Assembly (NCBI GenBank): GCA_937936805.1
Contig: CALDDP010000180.1
Coordinates: 1-59,906, forward strand
Reading direction: 5' to 3'
Source of the DNA: an uncultured Gammaproteobacteria bacterium
Lineage (GTDB): Bacteria > Pseudomonadota > Gammaproteobacteria > GCA-001735895
DNA: 59,906 nucleotides
The translations under genes and the position numbers were made by a program. Shown here piece after piece: positions 28,193 to 37,285 of this stretch (position 1 is its first letter; each line of letters opens with the position of its first letter). The notes under the pieces were generated by a model. The model was not told the origin of the DNA. It worked only from the letters and a program-made list of their open reading frames with translations, and made no database searches.

Positions 28193-29244
28193 TACTCGAA
28201 CAGGTCCCCACTTTCTGCCAGACCAAGGCGTTTATTGAAAGCATCCAGTTGCGCACAGGCGTTTTGCCATTTCCGGGTTGCAAACAGGTCCGTCTCCACG
28301 GCCTGCCCATGCAAACGGATCATGCGCATCTGTGATGTCGGATTAGAGTATCCCTGCAACGATTCCAGCACCTCGTCGGCACCCTCGGAATTGTTGCAAA
28401 CCAGCAAGATATCACAGCCAGCCGCGAGTGAGTGTCTGGCACGCTCGGGATAACCGCCAACGGATTCGGCGCCACTCATGCTGAGATCGTCGCTGAAAAC
28501 TATGCCATCGAACTCGAGCCGCTCGCGCAATACGCTCTCGATCCAGTATCTGGAATAACCCGCGGGGTTTTCATCAACATGATCATAAATAACATGCGCC
28601 ATCATGATGCCGGCTAAATGGGTCGCAATAACCCGCCGAAACGGCACCAGGTCGAGCATTTCGATTTCGGCGAAGCTGCGTCGATCGAAAGGCATCACAT
28701 GATGCGAATCGCCCTCCACCGAGCCATGACCAGGAAAGTGCTTACCGACAGCCTCCATGCCCGCGCTGCGCATCCCGCGCACCCAGGCATTAGCCAGGTG
28801 AGCGACCTTTTCGGGATCCCGATGGAAGGCACGATCACCAATGACACTGCTTATCGGGTTGGCAATATCGAGTACCGGCGCAAAGCTCAGATCGACTCCG
28901 CAGTGGAGTAATTCTGCGGCCATCAACCAGGCGAAGGTCTGGGCGCTCGATAGAGCCTGGTCCGGATCCTGATCATAGAAATCGCCCAGGTGCCCCATTG
29001 CCGGCAACGACTGGAAACCGTCGCGAAATCGTTGCACCCTGCCACCTTCCTGGTCAACCGCGACCACCAGTCGGGGATCTCTAAGCGCGTGGATTTCGCG
29101 GCACAGACTGGCGAGTTGCTCACGATCCTGGTAATTACGGCTGAACAAAATAACGCCCCCGACCTGCGGATGCATGAGTCGCCGGCGATCATCATCGTCA
29201 AGCGCGCAAGCCTTGATGTCGAGCATAACCGGCCCCAGCGTCAT
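28192..29244 (-). CDS. nagZ: beta-N-acetylhexosaminidase NagZ
   Basis: Motifs VAVDQEGGRVQRF and KHFPGHG. ATG at 29244 (MTLGPVMLDI) lies 1 nt after the ispF stop. The tracked extension to 29337 overlaps ispF and is unlikely. Confidence 0.9.
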   Translation of the reverse strand: MTLGPVMLDIKACALDDDDRRRLMHPQVGGVILFSRNYQDREQLASLCREIHALRDPRLVVAVDQEGGRVQRFRDGFQSLPAMGHLGDFYDQDPDQALSSAQTFAWLMAAELLHCGVDLSFAPVLDIANPISSVIGDRAFHRDPEKVAHLANAWVRGMRSAGMEAVGKHFPGHGSVEGDSHHVMPFDRRSFAEIEMLDLVPFRRVIATHLAGIMMAHVIYDHVDENPAGYSRYWIESVLRERLEFDGIVFSDDLSMSGAESVGGYPERARHSLAAGCDILLVCNNSEGADEVLESLQGYSNPTSQMRMIRLHGQAVETDLFATRKWQNACAQLDAFNKRLGLAESGDLFE

Positions 29245-29245
29245 C

Positions 29246-29728
29246 TTAAGCCTGCTCCAGTAAGACCACGGCCGCAACCGCGATTCCCTGCTCACGCCCG
29301 ATGAATCCGAGCCCCTCGGTGGTGGTCGCCTTGACATTTATGCTCGCGCTCGGGCAGTCGAGATCCTGCGCAAGGTTATCCTTCATCGCCGCAATGTGAG
29401 CTGCCATTTTTGGCGCCTGCGCAATAATGGTGAGATCGGCATTACCCAACCGGTAATTGTCGGCATCGACTAGCTGTTTGATTTCGCGCAGGAACTCCCG
29501 GCTATCGCGATTTTCATTCCGCGCGTCGTCATCGGCAAACAATTGACCGATATCGCCACGCCCCAGCGCGCCAAGCAGGGCATCGCAAAGCGCGTGGATG
29601 AGTACATCGCCATCCGAGTGGGCGACAACAGCCCTGGCGCAGCTGATGTGCACTCCGCCCAGTACGAAACCGTCGCCCTCGGCGAAGGCGTGCACATCAT
29701 AGCCATGTCCAATCCGGGTGTTACTCAT
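29246..29728 (-). CDS. ispF: 2-C-methyl-D-erythritol 2,4-cyclodiphosphate synthase
   Basis: 160 aa. RIGHGYDVHAF...HSDGDVLIHALCDALLGA... Confidence 0.95.
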   Translation of the reverse strand: MSNTRIGHGYDVHAFAEGDGFVLGGVHISCARAVVAHSDGDVLIHALCDALLGALGRGDIGQLFADDDARNENRDSREFLREIKQLVDADNYRLGNADLTIIAQAPKMAAHIAAMKDNLAQDLDCPSASINVKATTTEGLGFIGREQGIAVAAVVLLEQA

Positions 29729-29783
29729 CCACCGTCTGTCTCGTTTTTCTCAAGTCGCCAATTATAACCATCTAGACCGGCAA

Positions 29784-30818
29784 CTACACCCGGCTGAGCG
29801 CATGAATATTGAACAGCAGGACGCTGAACAATAACAGGGCGCCCGCCTGGTGCAACGCCCCCAGTAACACGGGGACCTGCATCAGCAGCGTGGCGATGCC
29901 GAGCAGCAACTGCACGATCACCATCATACCAACCAGCTTGAAACTGCTTTGCAGCGTAGCTTCGCTGAAACGAGAACGCCCATGGATGTACCAGATAATC
30001 AACAGTATCCCTGTGCCTGTGGCCAACCAGCGGTGGCTGAACTGTACCGTTACCATGTTCTCCAGCGGGTTAAGATACCACGGCGACAATGCGCCGATAC
30101 CCTCGGGTATTAACTGGCCGCCCATCAGCGGGAAGGTATTAAAAATGAGCCCTGCCTTGAGGCCGGCGACGAAACCACCAGAAACTATAGTCACCAGTAA
30201 CAGGCTAACCAGTCCTAACGAAGCCTTGCGCCAGGCAGCTACACCCGAATCAGCGAGGCGGCGATAATTATTCGCAGTGTCCAGATTGAATATCGTCCAC
30301 AAGATGAAGCCGTAGATCAGAATCGCGCTCAGCAAGTGTGCGCTCAATCGATACTGACTGACATGTGGATTGCTCACCAGCCCGCTTTTCACCATGTACC
30401 AGCCAAGTAGTCCCTGGAGCCCGCCGAGAATAAACATGACAATCAACCTTGGCGTCAAACCAGGCTTTATCATCTTGCGCAGCCAGAAATAAATAAACGG
30501 CAACAGAAACACCAGGCCTATCAATCTGCCCAGCATGCGGTGGGAATACTCGAACCAGAAAATCTGTTTGAACCCCTCGAGGGTCATGTCACGGTTAATT
30601 TTCTGGAACTCGGGAAACTGCTGGTAAAGCTCGAATTCCTCAAGCCATTGTTCGCTACCCAGCGGGGGTAGCATCCCGGTTGGATGCCAGGTCACCATAG
30701 ACAGCCCGGACCCGGTAAGACGTGTCACGCCACCGAGAATGACCATCGAGAAAATCAAAACCAGGCAAACTTTTAACCAGCGAGACACCGCGCGGTCGGC
30801 ATCACTAATGTCATGCAT
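29784..30818 (-). CDS. ctaA: heme A synthase (COX15/CtaA)
   Basis: 344 aa, polytopic, with conserved His residues in HR contexts (EYSHRMLG, QFSHRWLA). Confidence 0.85.
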   Translation of the reverse strand: MHDISDADRAVSRWLKVCLVLIFSMVILGGVTRLTGSGLSMVTWHPTGMLPPLGSEQWLEEFELYQQFPEFQKINRDMTLEGFKQIFWFEYSHRMLGRLIGLVFLLPFIYFWLRKMIKPGLTPRLIVMFILGGLQGLLGWYMVKSGLVSNPHVSQYRLSAHLLSAILIYGFILWTIFNLDTANNYRRLADSGVAAWRKASLGLVSLLLVTIVSGGFVAGLKAGLIFNTFPLMGGQLIPEGIGALSPWYLNPLENMVTVQFSHRWLATGTGILLIIWYIHGRSRFSEATLQSSFKLVGMMVIVQLLLGIATLLMQVPVLLGALHQAGALLLFSVLLFNIHALSRV

Positions 30819-30858
30819 GCTAAAAAGAGTCTCCGCCAGTACTGCCGTGGCAGCAACA

Positions 30859-31701
30859 TTAAGGGTTTAGCGCAACACGCCGAAAGCGTTCGGGGTTGGT
30901 CCGACCCGAAGCAAAACGGTCCAGCCGACCATCCATCCGCTCAGCGAGTCTGTTCAGACGATCAGCGATCGGGGGATGAGTGTTCAGCATAACGGTCAGT
31001 TCTTCGGCTGTCGGGTTAATACTATCGATAGTCGTTAATACGTCGAGTAGCGCAAACGGATCATAACCCGCCCGTGCCGCCAACACCACGCCGCGCAAAT
31101 CAGCATCGAGTTCGTCCTCTCGATCCAGACCGGTAGCATAAAGCTGAACCCCGGCATTGACCAGATTTTCCAGCTTGCGGCCCTTTTTTTTGTCATCCGC
31201 CGCGAGAACTGTCAAGTCGGTCAAAAATTCACGTCGCATGGATTTTTGCAAAGCGATCAAGTGATGCCTGCGCACCACGTGGGCAACTTCATGCGCCAGA
31301 ACCCCCGCGAGCTGGGCTTCGTTTTGCAATAGATTGTACAGACCGAGAGTAATAACGACGTATCCACCGGGTGCTGCAAAAGCGTTGATACCGTCAGAAT
31401 CTATCACCCCGAATGTCCACGGCAGGTCGCTACGTGAAGAGCGTGAAGCAACCCAGTAACCGACATCGTTCACATATTGCTGCAAGGCCGGATCCTCTAC
31501 CAGGGGCGCCGCACCAAGCAGACCCGATACCAGGTTGCCACCAATCCTGACTTCTTCTTCGACGGGTACATCACTGACAATCTTCTTTAACTTGTTACCC
31601 AGATCAACCAGTTCACCGAAATCCAGGGCGGTTGTCGAACCCATGCCGCCGAACCACAGGCCGATCACCAGGATTAATGAGTAACGGCAATTTCTGTTCA
31701 T
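30859..31701 (-). CDS. M48-family zinc metallopeptidase, secreted
   Basis: Signal peptide and the HEVAHVVRRH (HExxH) motif. Overlaps the upstream SH3 gene by 4 nt. Confidence 0.85.
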   Translation of the reverse strand: MNRNCRYSLILVIGLWFGGMGSTTALDFGELVDLGNKLKKIVSDVPVEEEVRIGGNLVSGLLGAAPLVEDPALQQYVNDVGYWVASRSSRSDLPWTFGVIDSDGINAFAAPGGYVVITLGLYNLLQNEAQLAGVLAHEVAHVVRRHHLIALQKSMRREFLTDLTVLAADDKKKGRKLENLVNAGVQLYATGLDREDELDADLRGVVLAARAGYDPFALLDVLTTIDSINPTAEELTVMLNTHPPIADRLNRLAERMDGRLDRFASGRTNPERFRRVALNP

Positions 31702-32291
31702 TTCTCACTAACCCTGTTGGCGGCAGTACTTTTAGCCTGTTTTTTGTCTGCAGCTAAATGCTTTACATTATTCTCGCTGAGCTGGCCAATCTGACGGAAC
31801 TCGACCAGTCGCACATTATTGCTCGCATATTGCTGCATCTTTTTTAACTCGTCATAATCCGGCCGGGCGGCGTTGATTTCGGCTTCACTCAATCCCCTTA
31901 CACCGATTGTCGCGGTACCCGAGCTGGTAGTCGAATTACTGGACCTGAAGAAGCCGCTGGCCTTGCGTGAAAAAGCAGCCAGACCGGCAAGAAATCCACG
32001 CGAGTCCGAACCGCTCTCTGCTTCCATGGCAGGGGCAAGACTGGCCTCGCGTATCTGGTAACCGCGCACCCAGCCGACTATCGACTCCTGTTCGAAATAG
32101 ACTTCTTTCCAGCCACCCTTGCGCTCAAATACGCTGACCCGGCTACCGGCAGCGATTTTCCCTACTGCTTGCGAGGTGCTACTGGAAGCGGAATACACCA
32201 CTGCTTCACGAACAACGATAGCATCCTGACCAGCCTGCAGGGGCGTGGCCAGAAAAATGAACAGTGCGCATATCTTAAAGTGCAACTTCAT
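31698..32291 (-). CDS. secreted bacterial SH3-domain protein
   Basis: Signal peptide and an SH3b-like segment (AVVYSASSSTSQAVGKIAAGSRVSVFERKGGWKEVYF...GWVRGYQI). Confidence 0.6.
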   Translation of the reverse strand: MKLHFKICALFIFLATPLQAGQDAIVVREAVVYSASSSTSQAVGKIAAGSRVSVFERKGGWKEVYFEQESIVGWVRGYQIREASLAPAMEAESGSDSRGFLAGLAAFSRKASGFFRSSNSTTSSGTATIGVRGLSEAEINAARPDYDELKKMQQYASNNVRLVEFRQIGQLSENNVKHLAADKKQAKSTAANRVSEK

Positions 32292-32549
32292 AGCAGTTAA
32301 TTATAGCAATGAATTCAAATATGACCGGGTGCAACCCGCCTGGCGGACAAGCCAGGCAGCGCAGTGCCTGCGCCGTCTACAGCAAACCGGAACCCCGGAT
32401 TGACAGGGATGGCCTACCTTGCTGATGGACCCCGGGTGTCAACAGGGAAGCGAACGATTACCAGCTCGAGATCCGCGGTTTGCAGACAAGAAGAAAGGTG
32501 CTTCGATTTGGTTTTTCCCGGGGCCTGTCCGAACGTTTCGGCACGGCAT

Positions 32550-32573
32550 AAAAAAAGGCGCCTGACGGCGCCT
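32550..32573 (-). terminator. strong rho-independent terminator (minus strand)
   Basis: Minus strand AGGCGCC-GUCA-GGCGCCU followed by seven U residues. Confidence 0.85.
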
Positions 32574-32599
32574 TCCTCGTTCTCACTGCCGTTATATTT

Positions 32600-32809
32600 T
32601 TATTTGGCAGCTATCTCCTCCAGTTCCCTGGCCTCGTTAAATTGACCGGCCAATGCCGCTCGTTCGGCACAACAGCCCCGGGCCACTATTAAAAGCTGGC
32701 AGTAGTAGACCACAGGCAAATCCAAGTTGCTACAAAATATTGCACTAATTTCATCACGGCAGATTTCTATATTTAACTGACAGACAAGCTTGATAAGCGG
32801 ATCTTTCAA
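32600..32809 (-). CDS. doubtful small Cys-rich ORF (69 aa)
   Basis: TTG start only, no in-frame ATG, and no recognisable family. Its only support is that it fills the gap between the PNPOx-like gene and the terminator. Confidence 0.2.
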   Translation of the reverse strand: MKDPLIKLVCQLNIEICRDEISAIFCSNLDLPVVYYCQLLIVARGCCAERAALAGQFNEARELEEIAAK

Positions 32810-32845
32810 TGCCCGCCGGTACAGAAATCATCGCCTGGAAACAAG

Positions 32846-33340
32846 CTATTTATTGCCTGGATTCACCGGGATTAGCTGTTCTAGTGTGTCACCAGACAGT
32901 TCGTAGGCCTGGCCGAAACCGCGAATAAACCGGCCGCGGTGCACAGTAATGCGAAACAGGTGAAAGTCTGCCAGGGGCTCGATAAGTTTCATCACATCAC
33001 CGAAGCGGCGATAAAAATCGTTGATGACAGTTTTGTAATTATCGTCGCTTCGAGCAACGATTCCCGCCTTGCCGAACAGACTGATTCGCTTGCGCGCGAA
33101 CGCGTTCCCGGCAGCAGTCTCCGCGTCAATAAGTAGCAGGCTAATCGATGGGTTCAGTTTAAGATTCTGCGTGTGACTGGCAAGCTCGCTCAGGAAAACA
33201 TAACAATAGCCTTCTCGCCAGATACATGGAGCGTAACTTGCCTCGGGGGTTGCCTCGCAACCAACGGTTGCCAGTTGAGCGCTGTCGACCTGGTCGCGCA
33301 GGGCCAGGTAGTCCTGGCGTAAACTATCTGTATTGCTCAA
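32846..33340 (-). CDS. pyridoxamine 5'-phosphate oxidase-fold / HugZ-like FMN- or heme-binding protein
   Basis: 164 aa with a split-barrel-like sequence (ATVGCEATPEASYAPC...YVFLSELASHTQNL...ISLLLID...RISLFG). TTG start with GAGGA 6 nt upstream. It lies 40 nt downstream of flgF. Confidence 0.6.
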   Translation of the reverse strand: MSNTDSLRQDYLALRDQVDSAQLATVGCEATPEASYAPCIWREGYCYVFLSELASHTQNLKLNPSISLLLIDAETAAGNAFARKRISLFGKAGIVARSDDNYKTVINDFYRRFGDVMKLIEPLADFHLFRITVHRGRFIRGFGQAYELSGDTLEQLIPVNPGNK

Positions 33341-33380
33341 GTCTGATCCTCGATACTGTGGACCAGGCTATTTTGTCATG

Positions 33381-34124
33381 CTATGAAGACATGCGCATCA
33401 GGCGAGCACTGGCAGCATCATTCTCGCTGGCCAGATTTATCAATTTAAACTGGTGCTCGTAGTAACGTGCGTAATCGATCATGCGCACCATCGCATCCAC
33501 CGCATTGACGTTGCTCGACTCAAGCGCCCCGGATGTTACCGATACTGCAGCATCGGCCGGGACATCAGCGCCGTTTCGGGTGCGAAACAATCCATCCTCG
33601 CCACGAACCAGCTGACCCTGCGGCGGATTGACCAGGCGAATTCGAGCCACTCCCACCACGGTAGTGGCGGCCTGGCCAGGGGCAACAATACTGATACTGC
33701 CGTCGCGACCTATTTCGAGGCTGTCAAATTGCGGAATCGTAATCGGCCCACCGTCATCCAGTACGATCTGATTTGCGCCATTGAGCAACAGTCCGGAGGA
33801 ATCTATCCTCAAATCGCCGCGTCGGGTATAGCCGACACTGCCGTCGGCGGCCTGCACCGCAAACCAGCCGTCGCCGTTGATGGCAAGATCAAGGTCGCGT
33901 CCGGTCGTGGCGATGGCACCCGGGGTAAAATTGGCGCCGGCAGGCTCGTCGGTGACGTAAACGCGATCCGAGTAACCCGGACCATAAACCAGGTTCGCCT
34001 CGAAATGGTCGAGGTTGGCCTTGAAACCGGTGGTACTGATATTGGCGAGATTATTGGCGTTATTCTGCTGCGCAAGCATCGCTTGCGCAGCTCCGTTCAT
34101 CGCCAGGTAAAGATACTTATCCAT
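33381..34124 (-). CDS. flgF: flagellar basal-body rod protein FlgF
   Basis: MDKYLYLAMNGAAQAMLAQQNNANNLANISTTGFKA... and C-terminal LESSNVNAVDAMVRMIDYARYYE. 247 aa. Confidence 0.9.
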   Translation of the reverse strand: MDKYLYLAMNGAAQAMLAQQNNANNLANISTTGFKANLDHFEANLVYGPGYSDRVYVTDEPAGANFTPGAIATTGRDLDLAINGDGWFAVQAADGSVGYTRRGDLRIDSSGLLLNGANQIVLDDGGPITIPQFDSLEIGRDGSISIVAPGQAATTVVGVARIRLVNPPQGQLVRGEDGLFRTRNGADVPADAAVSVTSGALESSNVNAVDAMVRMIDYARYYEHQFKLINLASENDAASARLMRMSS

Positions 34125-34145
34125 TTGCAGCTAAACCTTCAATCC

Positions 34146-35468
34146 TTACCGAATCTGGATCACGGTATCGGTAATCGAGTTCGATGTTTCAATCGAACGC
34201 GCGTTGGCCTGGAAGTTCCGCTGCGCGGTAATCAGGTTCACCAGTTGCTGGGTCAGATCGACATTGGAAGTTTCCAGCGCTCCTGATTGAATCAGGCCAA
34301 AACGTCCGGTTCCTGCCGCGCCGGTAATCACCGTGCCCGAATCAATGGATTCCTGCCATGCGGATCCACCGACAGAGCGCAGACCTTGCGGGTTGACGAA
34401 ATCAGCCATAGCGACCTGCCCCATCGGGACCGAAATACCGTTACTGTAAGCCGCGCGCAACAGGCCGTCTTCAGAGATATCGAGCCCGGTCAGCCGGCCT
34501 GTAGAATACCCATTGGGATCAAGCGTGCTCACCGAAAATGCCGTCGAAAACTGGGTTGTATTGTTGTTGGCAAAATCATGTAAGGTGGTTAGTGGATTAG
34601 CGCCGTTGGTCAACACCATTCCCGTATTCTGCAACACGGCCGGGGTGCTGCTGTTATAGCTGCCATCGGGGTTGAAGTTCATAATTCCAACGTCCTGGGT
34701 ATCTGTCCCGGCGCCATTGGGATGGGTAACCGAGGTACCGCCGTTAAGATCGACCGCGGCGCCATCAAGATAAGTCGCTACGATCCACTGGTTGGGGTCA
34801 TTGGCAGCATTGGTAGCCGATCCCGGCAAGTCATGTATGAAGTAGTAGGACATGACATGCGAGGCACCGAGTGAGTCATACACCGTGGTCGAAGTCGAAT
34901 GCGAATAGGTGTTGCTTGCAGTCGGGTCGAACAGGACAGGGTCGCTCGCGATTGCCGAGGCATCCAGATTCACGCCGACTTCAACTTCGGTTGTCGCCTG
35001 TGGGGCACCGGTGGTTGCCGGCAACTGAATCGGCACCGTGGTGTTGAGGCTGGTCGAGGTGACATTTCCATTCGCGTCTACCGGAAAAGCCTGCAGGTAC
35101 TCGCCCTGGCTATTGGTAATGGTGCCGCTACTGTCAACACCGAACTGGCCGGCGCGCGTATAAGAGATATCACTGCCGGTCAGGCTCTTGTTGGTAATAA
35201 AGAAACCCTGCCCGCTGATTGCCATATCGAGGCTGGCATCGGTGAATTTCAGGTTGCCCTGATCGAATTCCTGACTCACGCTCAACACCTGTACCCCGCT
35301 GCCAACCTGGTTAGGGGTATTGCCAAAAGGTGATATTTCATAGAGGTCGCCGAATTCGGTGCGCGAACTCTTGAACCCGGTGGTAGCGACGTTAGCGATG
35401 TTGTTGCTGGTAACGCTAAGATCGACGGTTGCGGCCTGTAGTCCGCTAAGTGCTGTGTTAAATGACAT
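34146..35468 (-). CDS. flgE: flagellar hook protein FlgE
   Basis: MSFNTALSGLQAATVDLSVTSNNIANVATTGFK... and C-terminal LETSNVDLTQQLVNLITAQRNFQAN. 440 aa. Confidence 0.95.
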   Translation of the reverse strand: MSFNTALSGLQAATVDLSVTSNNIANVATTGFKSSRTEFGDLYEISPFGNTPNQVGSGVQVLSVSQEFDQGNLKFTDASLDMAISGQGFFITNKSLTGSDISYTRAGQFGVDSSGTITNSQGEYLQAFPVDANGNVTSTSLNTTVPIQLPATTGAPQATTEVEVGVNLDASAIASDPVLFDPTASNTYSHSTSTTVYDSLGASHVMSYYFIHDLPGSATNAANDPNQWIVATYLDGAAVDLNGGTSVTHPNGAGTDTQDVGIMNFNPDGSYNSSTPAVLQNTGMVLTNGANPLTTLHDFANNNTTQFSTAFSVSTLDPNGYSTGRLTGLDISEDGLLRAAYSNGISVPMGQVAMADFVNPQGLRSVGGSAWQESIDSGTVITGAAGTGRFGLIQSGALETSNVDLTQQLVNLITAQRNFQANARSIETSNSITDTVIQIR

Positions 35469-35485
35469 TGTTTTCTCCTGCCTTG

Positions 35486-36163
35486 TTACATTATTTTCCG
35501 AACCTGGCTCATGTCGATATCGCCGAGGCCAGATACGCTAAGCGTAAGATCCTGACCACCGACGCCGAGCGTTACACTCTCGACATCAACCACCGTATAC
35601 ATCTGTCCCGCGCTGACCTCGTTGCCGCGGCGAACTTCGGCAGCAACCCGGTATTCACCAGCCGGCAGTGGATTGCCGCGGGCATCCATACCATTCCATT
35701 CAAAATCTATCAGCCCCGCCTGCTGCGCACCGAGATCCTGTCGATTGACAATCTGGCCGGCCTGATTTTCGATCGAAATCGTCACCTTGCTTGCAGACTG
35801 GACGAGTTCCACCGAACCTTGCAGCGATTCACCGCCGGCCAGGTAACCGTTTGATGAAGGCACCATCACGCGGCGCCCGACCAGGGTAGATGCCTGCAAC
35901 GCCTGGTTCGACTGAAACGATTCACTCAAACTGCTGAACGTGTTGTTTAACTCGCTGATCCCGCTTACCGTGCCGAACTGGGCCATCTGCCCGAGAAAGT
36001 CGCCGTTTTCCATTGGTTTAAGTGGATCCTGGTAGGTCAGTTGCGCGGTCATCAGTTCCAGGAACTCGGTCTGGCCGAGTTCGTCGTTTTCCTTGGTCCT
36101 GGTCTCGGTCGGCGGATTCAGGCCCAGCTGGGTGTATATATTGTTGGTATCTATATCAGCCAT
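35486..36163 (-). CDS. flgD: flagellar hook assembly/capping protein FlgD
   Basis: The motif FLELMTAQLTYQDPLKPM plus its position between flgC and flgE. Confidence 0.9.
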   Translation of the reverse strand: MADIDTNNIYTQLGLNPPTETRTKENDELGQTEFLELMTAQLTYQDPLKPMENGDFLGQMAQFGTVSGISELNNTFSSLSESFQSNQALQASTLVGRRVMVPSSNGYLAGGESLQGSVELVQSASKVTISIENQAGQIVNRQDLGAQQAGLIDFEWNGMDARGNPLPAGEYRVAAEVRRGNEVSAGQMYTVVDVESVTLGVGGQDLTLSVSGLGDIDMSQVRKIM

Positions 36164-36175
36164 CTTCAGTCTCCG

Positions 36176-36586
36176 TTAACTGCCCAACGACAATACGCGT
36201 AGCAACAGATCGCGTGACGTCGTCATCACTTCTACATTATTCTGGAAGGCGCGCGAGGCCGAGATCATGTTCGCCATCTCTTCGACCGGATTGACATTAC
36301 TGCTGAACACGTAACCGTCTGCATTGGCAAGCGTATGCCCCGGGTCGTAACGACGCACGACCTCCGCATCGCTCTCGACGATTTCGAGCATTCGCACACC
36401 GACTTCACCCGGTCTGGTGTAATCACCCATCAATGCCTGGAACACCGGTTGACGGGAACGATATGCATCTACCTCGTTGCTGGCAGTAGTCTCCACGTTG
36501 GCCAGATTACTGGCGGTAGTGTTCAATCTGACGGACTGAGCGCTCATCGCGCTACCCGAAATCTCAAAGTTGGCAAATAATCCCAT
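36176..36586 (-). CDS. flgC: flagellar basal-body rod protein FlgC
   Basis: SGSAMSAQSVRLNTTASNLANVETT... and C-terminal SNVNPVEEMANMISASRAFQNN. Confidence 0.95.
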   Translation of the reverse strand: MGLFANFEISGSAMSAQSVRLNTTASNLANVETTASNEVDAYRSRQPVFQALMGDYTRPGEVGVRMLEIVESDAEVVRRYDPGHTLANADGYVFSSNVNPVEEMANMISASRAFQNNVEVMTTSRDLLLRVLSLGS

Positions 36587-36588
36587 GT

Positions 36589-36990
36589 TTATTCTCCTTT
36601 CAGGGCTTTCATCAAACCCTGGACCTTTCTATTGAGGAAGGTAAAACTTGTTTGGAACATCAGTGCATTTTCAGAAAAACTGGTCTGCTCAACATGTGAA
36701 TCGACAGTGTTTCCATCCAGTGAGGCATGTAGCGGATTGCGATACATTAACGCCGGCTGCAGTTGCCCGGGTTGTGGTGCAATGTGATTTCGATGGGTAC
36801 TGGCGAGAACAATCCTGTCAGGCTGCTGCTCACCCGCTTTACGCAACATGTCGGCGAACTCGATGTCACGCGCCTTGTAATTCGGAGTATCGGCATTGGC
36901 TATGTTGGCAGCCAGAATTGATGAGCGTCTGCCGCGTAGCAAGAGTGCGTCATCGTGTATTGAAAAGGCTCTTTCGAAACTGATTGGCAT
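36589..36990 (-). CDS. flgB: flagellar basal-body rod protein FlgB
   Basis: RSSILAANIANADTPNYKARDIEF. 133 aa. First gene of the operon. Confidence 0.95.
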   Translation of the reverse strand: MPISFERAFSIHDDALLLRGRRSSILAANIANADTPNYKARDIEFADMLRKAGEQQPDRIVLASTHRNHIAPQPGQLQPALMYRNPLHASLDGNTVDSHVEQTSFSENALMFQTSFTFLNRKVQGLMKALKGE

Positions 36991-37024
36991 GGCATTAACC
37001 GTAAATCAACAATACGGAAATCAA

Positions 37025-37040
37025 TGCATGGTCGATGCCA
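37025..37040 (-). promoter_or_regulatory. sigma54 (-24/-12) promoter for flgBCDEF
   Basis: Minus strand TGGCATCGACCATGCA, with GG and GC at the exact consensus spacing (TGGCAC-N5-TTGCA). The GC lies about 36 nt upstream of the flgB ATG. Confidence 0.6.
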
Positions 37041-37269
37041 CCATACTATTATTTTTTAATATCAATGACTTAAGGTAAAAGTTCGCGTCAGAAAGCGGCA
37101 AGGCGGCAAGCGGAAGCGGCAACAATGCCGCTTGTTAATTACCAATCAATAGCTCGGTAAACTCATTATACGAGCAGACCGGGACATTGCCTGATCTGCC
37201 GCACGGTGCTGATTGTGTGCGGCAGCCAGGTAAGTTGCTTACTTGCGGGCCGATTACCGTTGCGCTGAC

Positions 37270-37285
37270 TGGCATATTACCTGCT
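37270..37285 (+). promoter_or_regulatory. sigma54 (-24/-12)-like promoter upstream of flgA
   Basis: TGGCATATTACCTGCT, with GG at 37271-72 and GC at 37283-84 at correct spacing. About 85 nt upstream of the flgA ATG. Confidence 0.45.

Noticed and set aside
32338-32448. Possible cobalamin riboswitch (AAGCCAGGCAGC resembles a B12 box) or a 6S/SRP/RNase P/tmRNA gene in the structured intergenic region.
   Set aside because: The B12-box-like string is on the plus strand with no plus-strand gene downstream. The other conserved riboswitch blocks are missing, as are the hallmark motifs of SRP (GGAAGCAGCC context), RNase P (GGAAAGUCCGG) and tmRNA. The region is kept only as an unassigned structured region.
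32364-32645. A 93-aa plus-strand ORF spanning the structured region and the terminator.
   Set aside because: It runs through a strong terminator hairpin and a poly-A tract, has Ser/Arg/Pro-rich composition and no motifs, and is most likely a chance ORF in GC-rich non-coding DNA.
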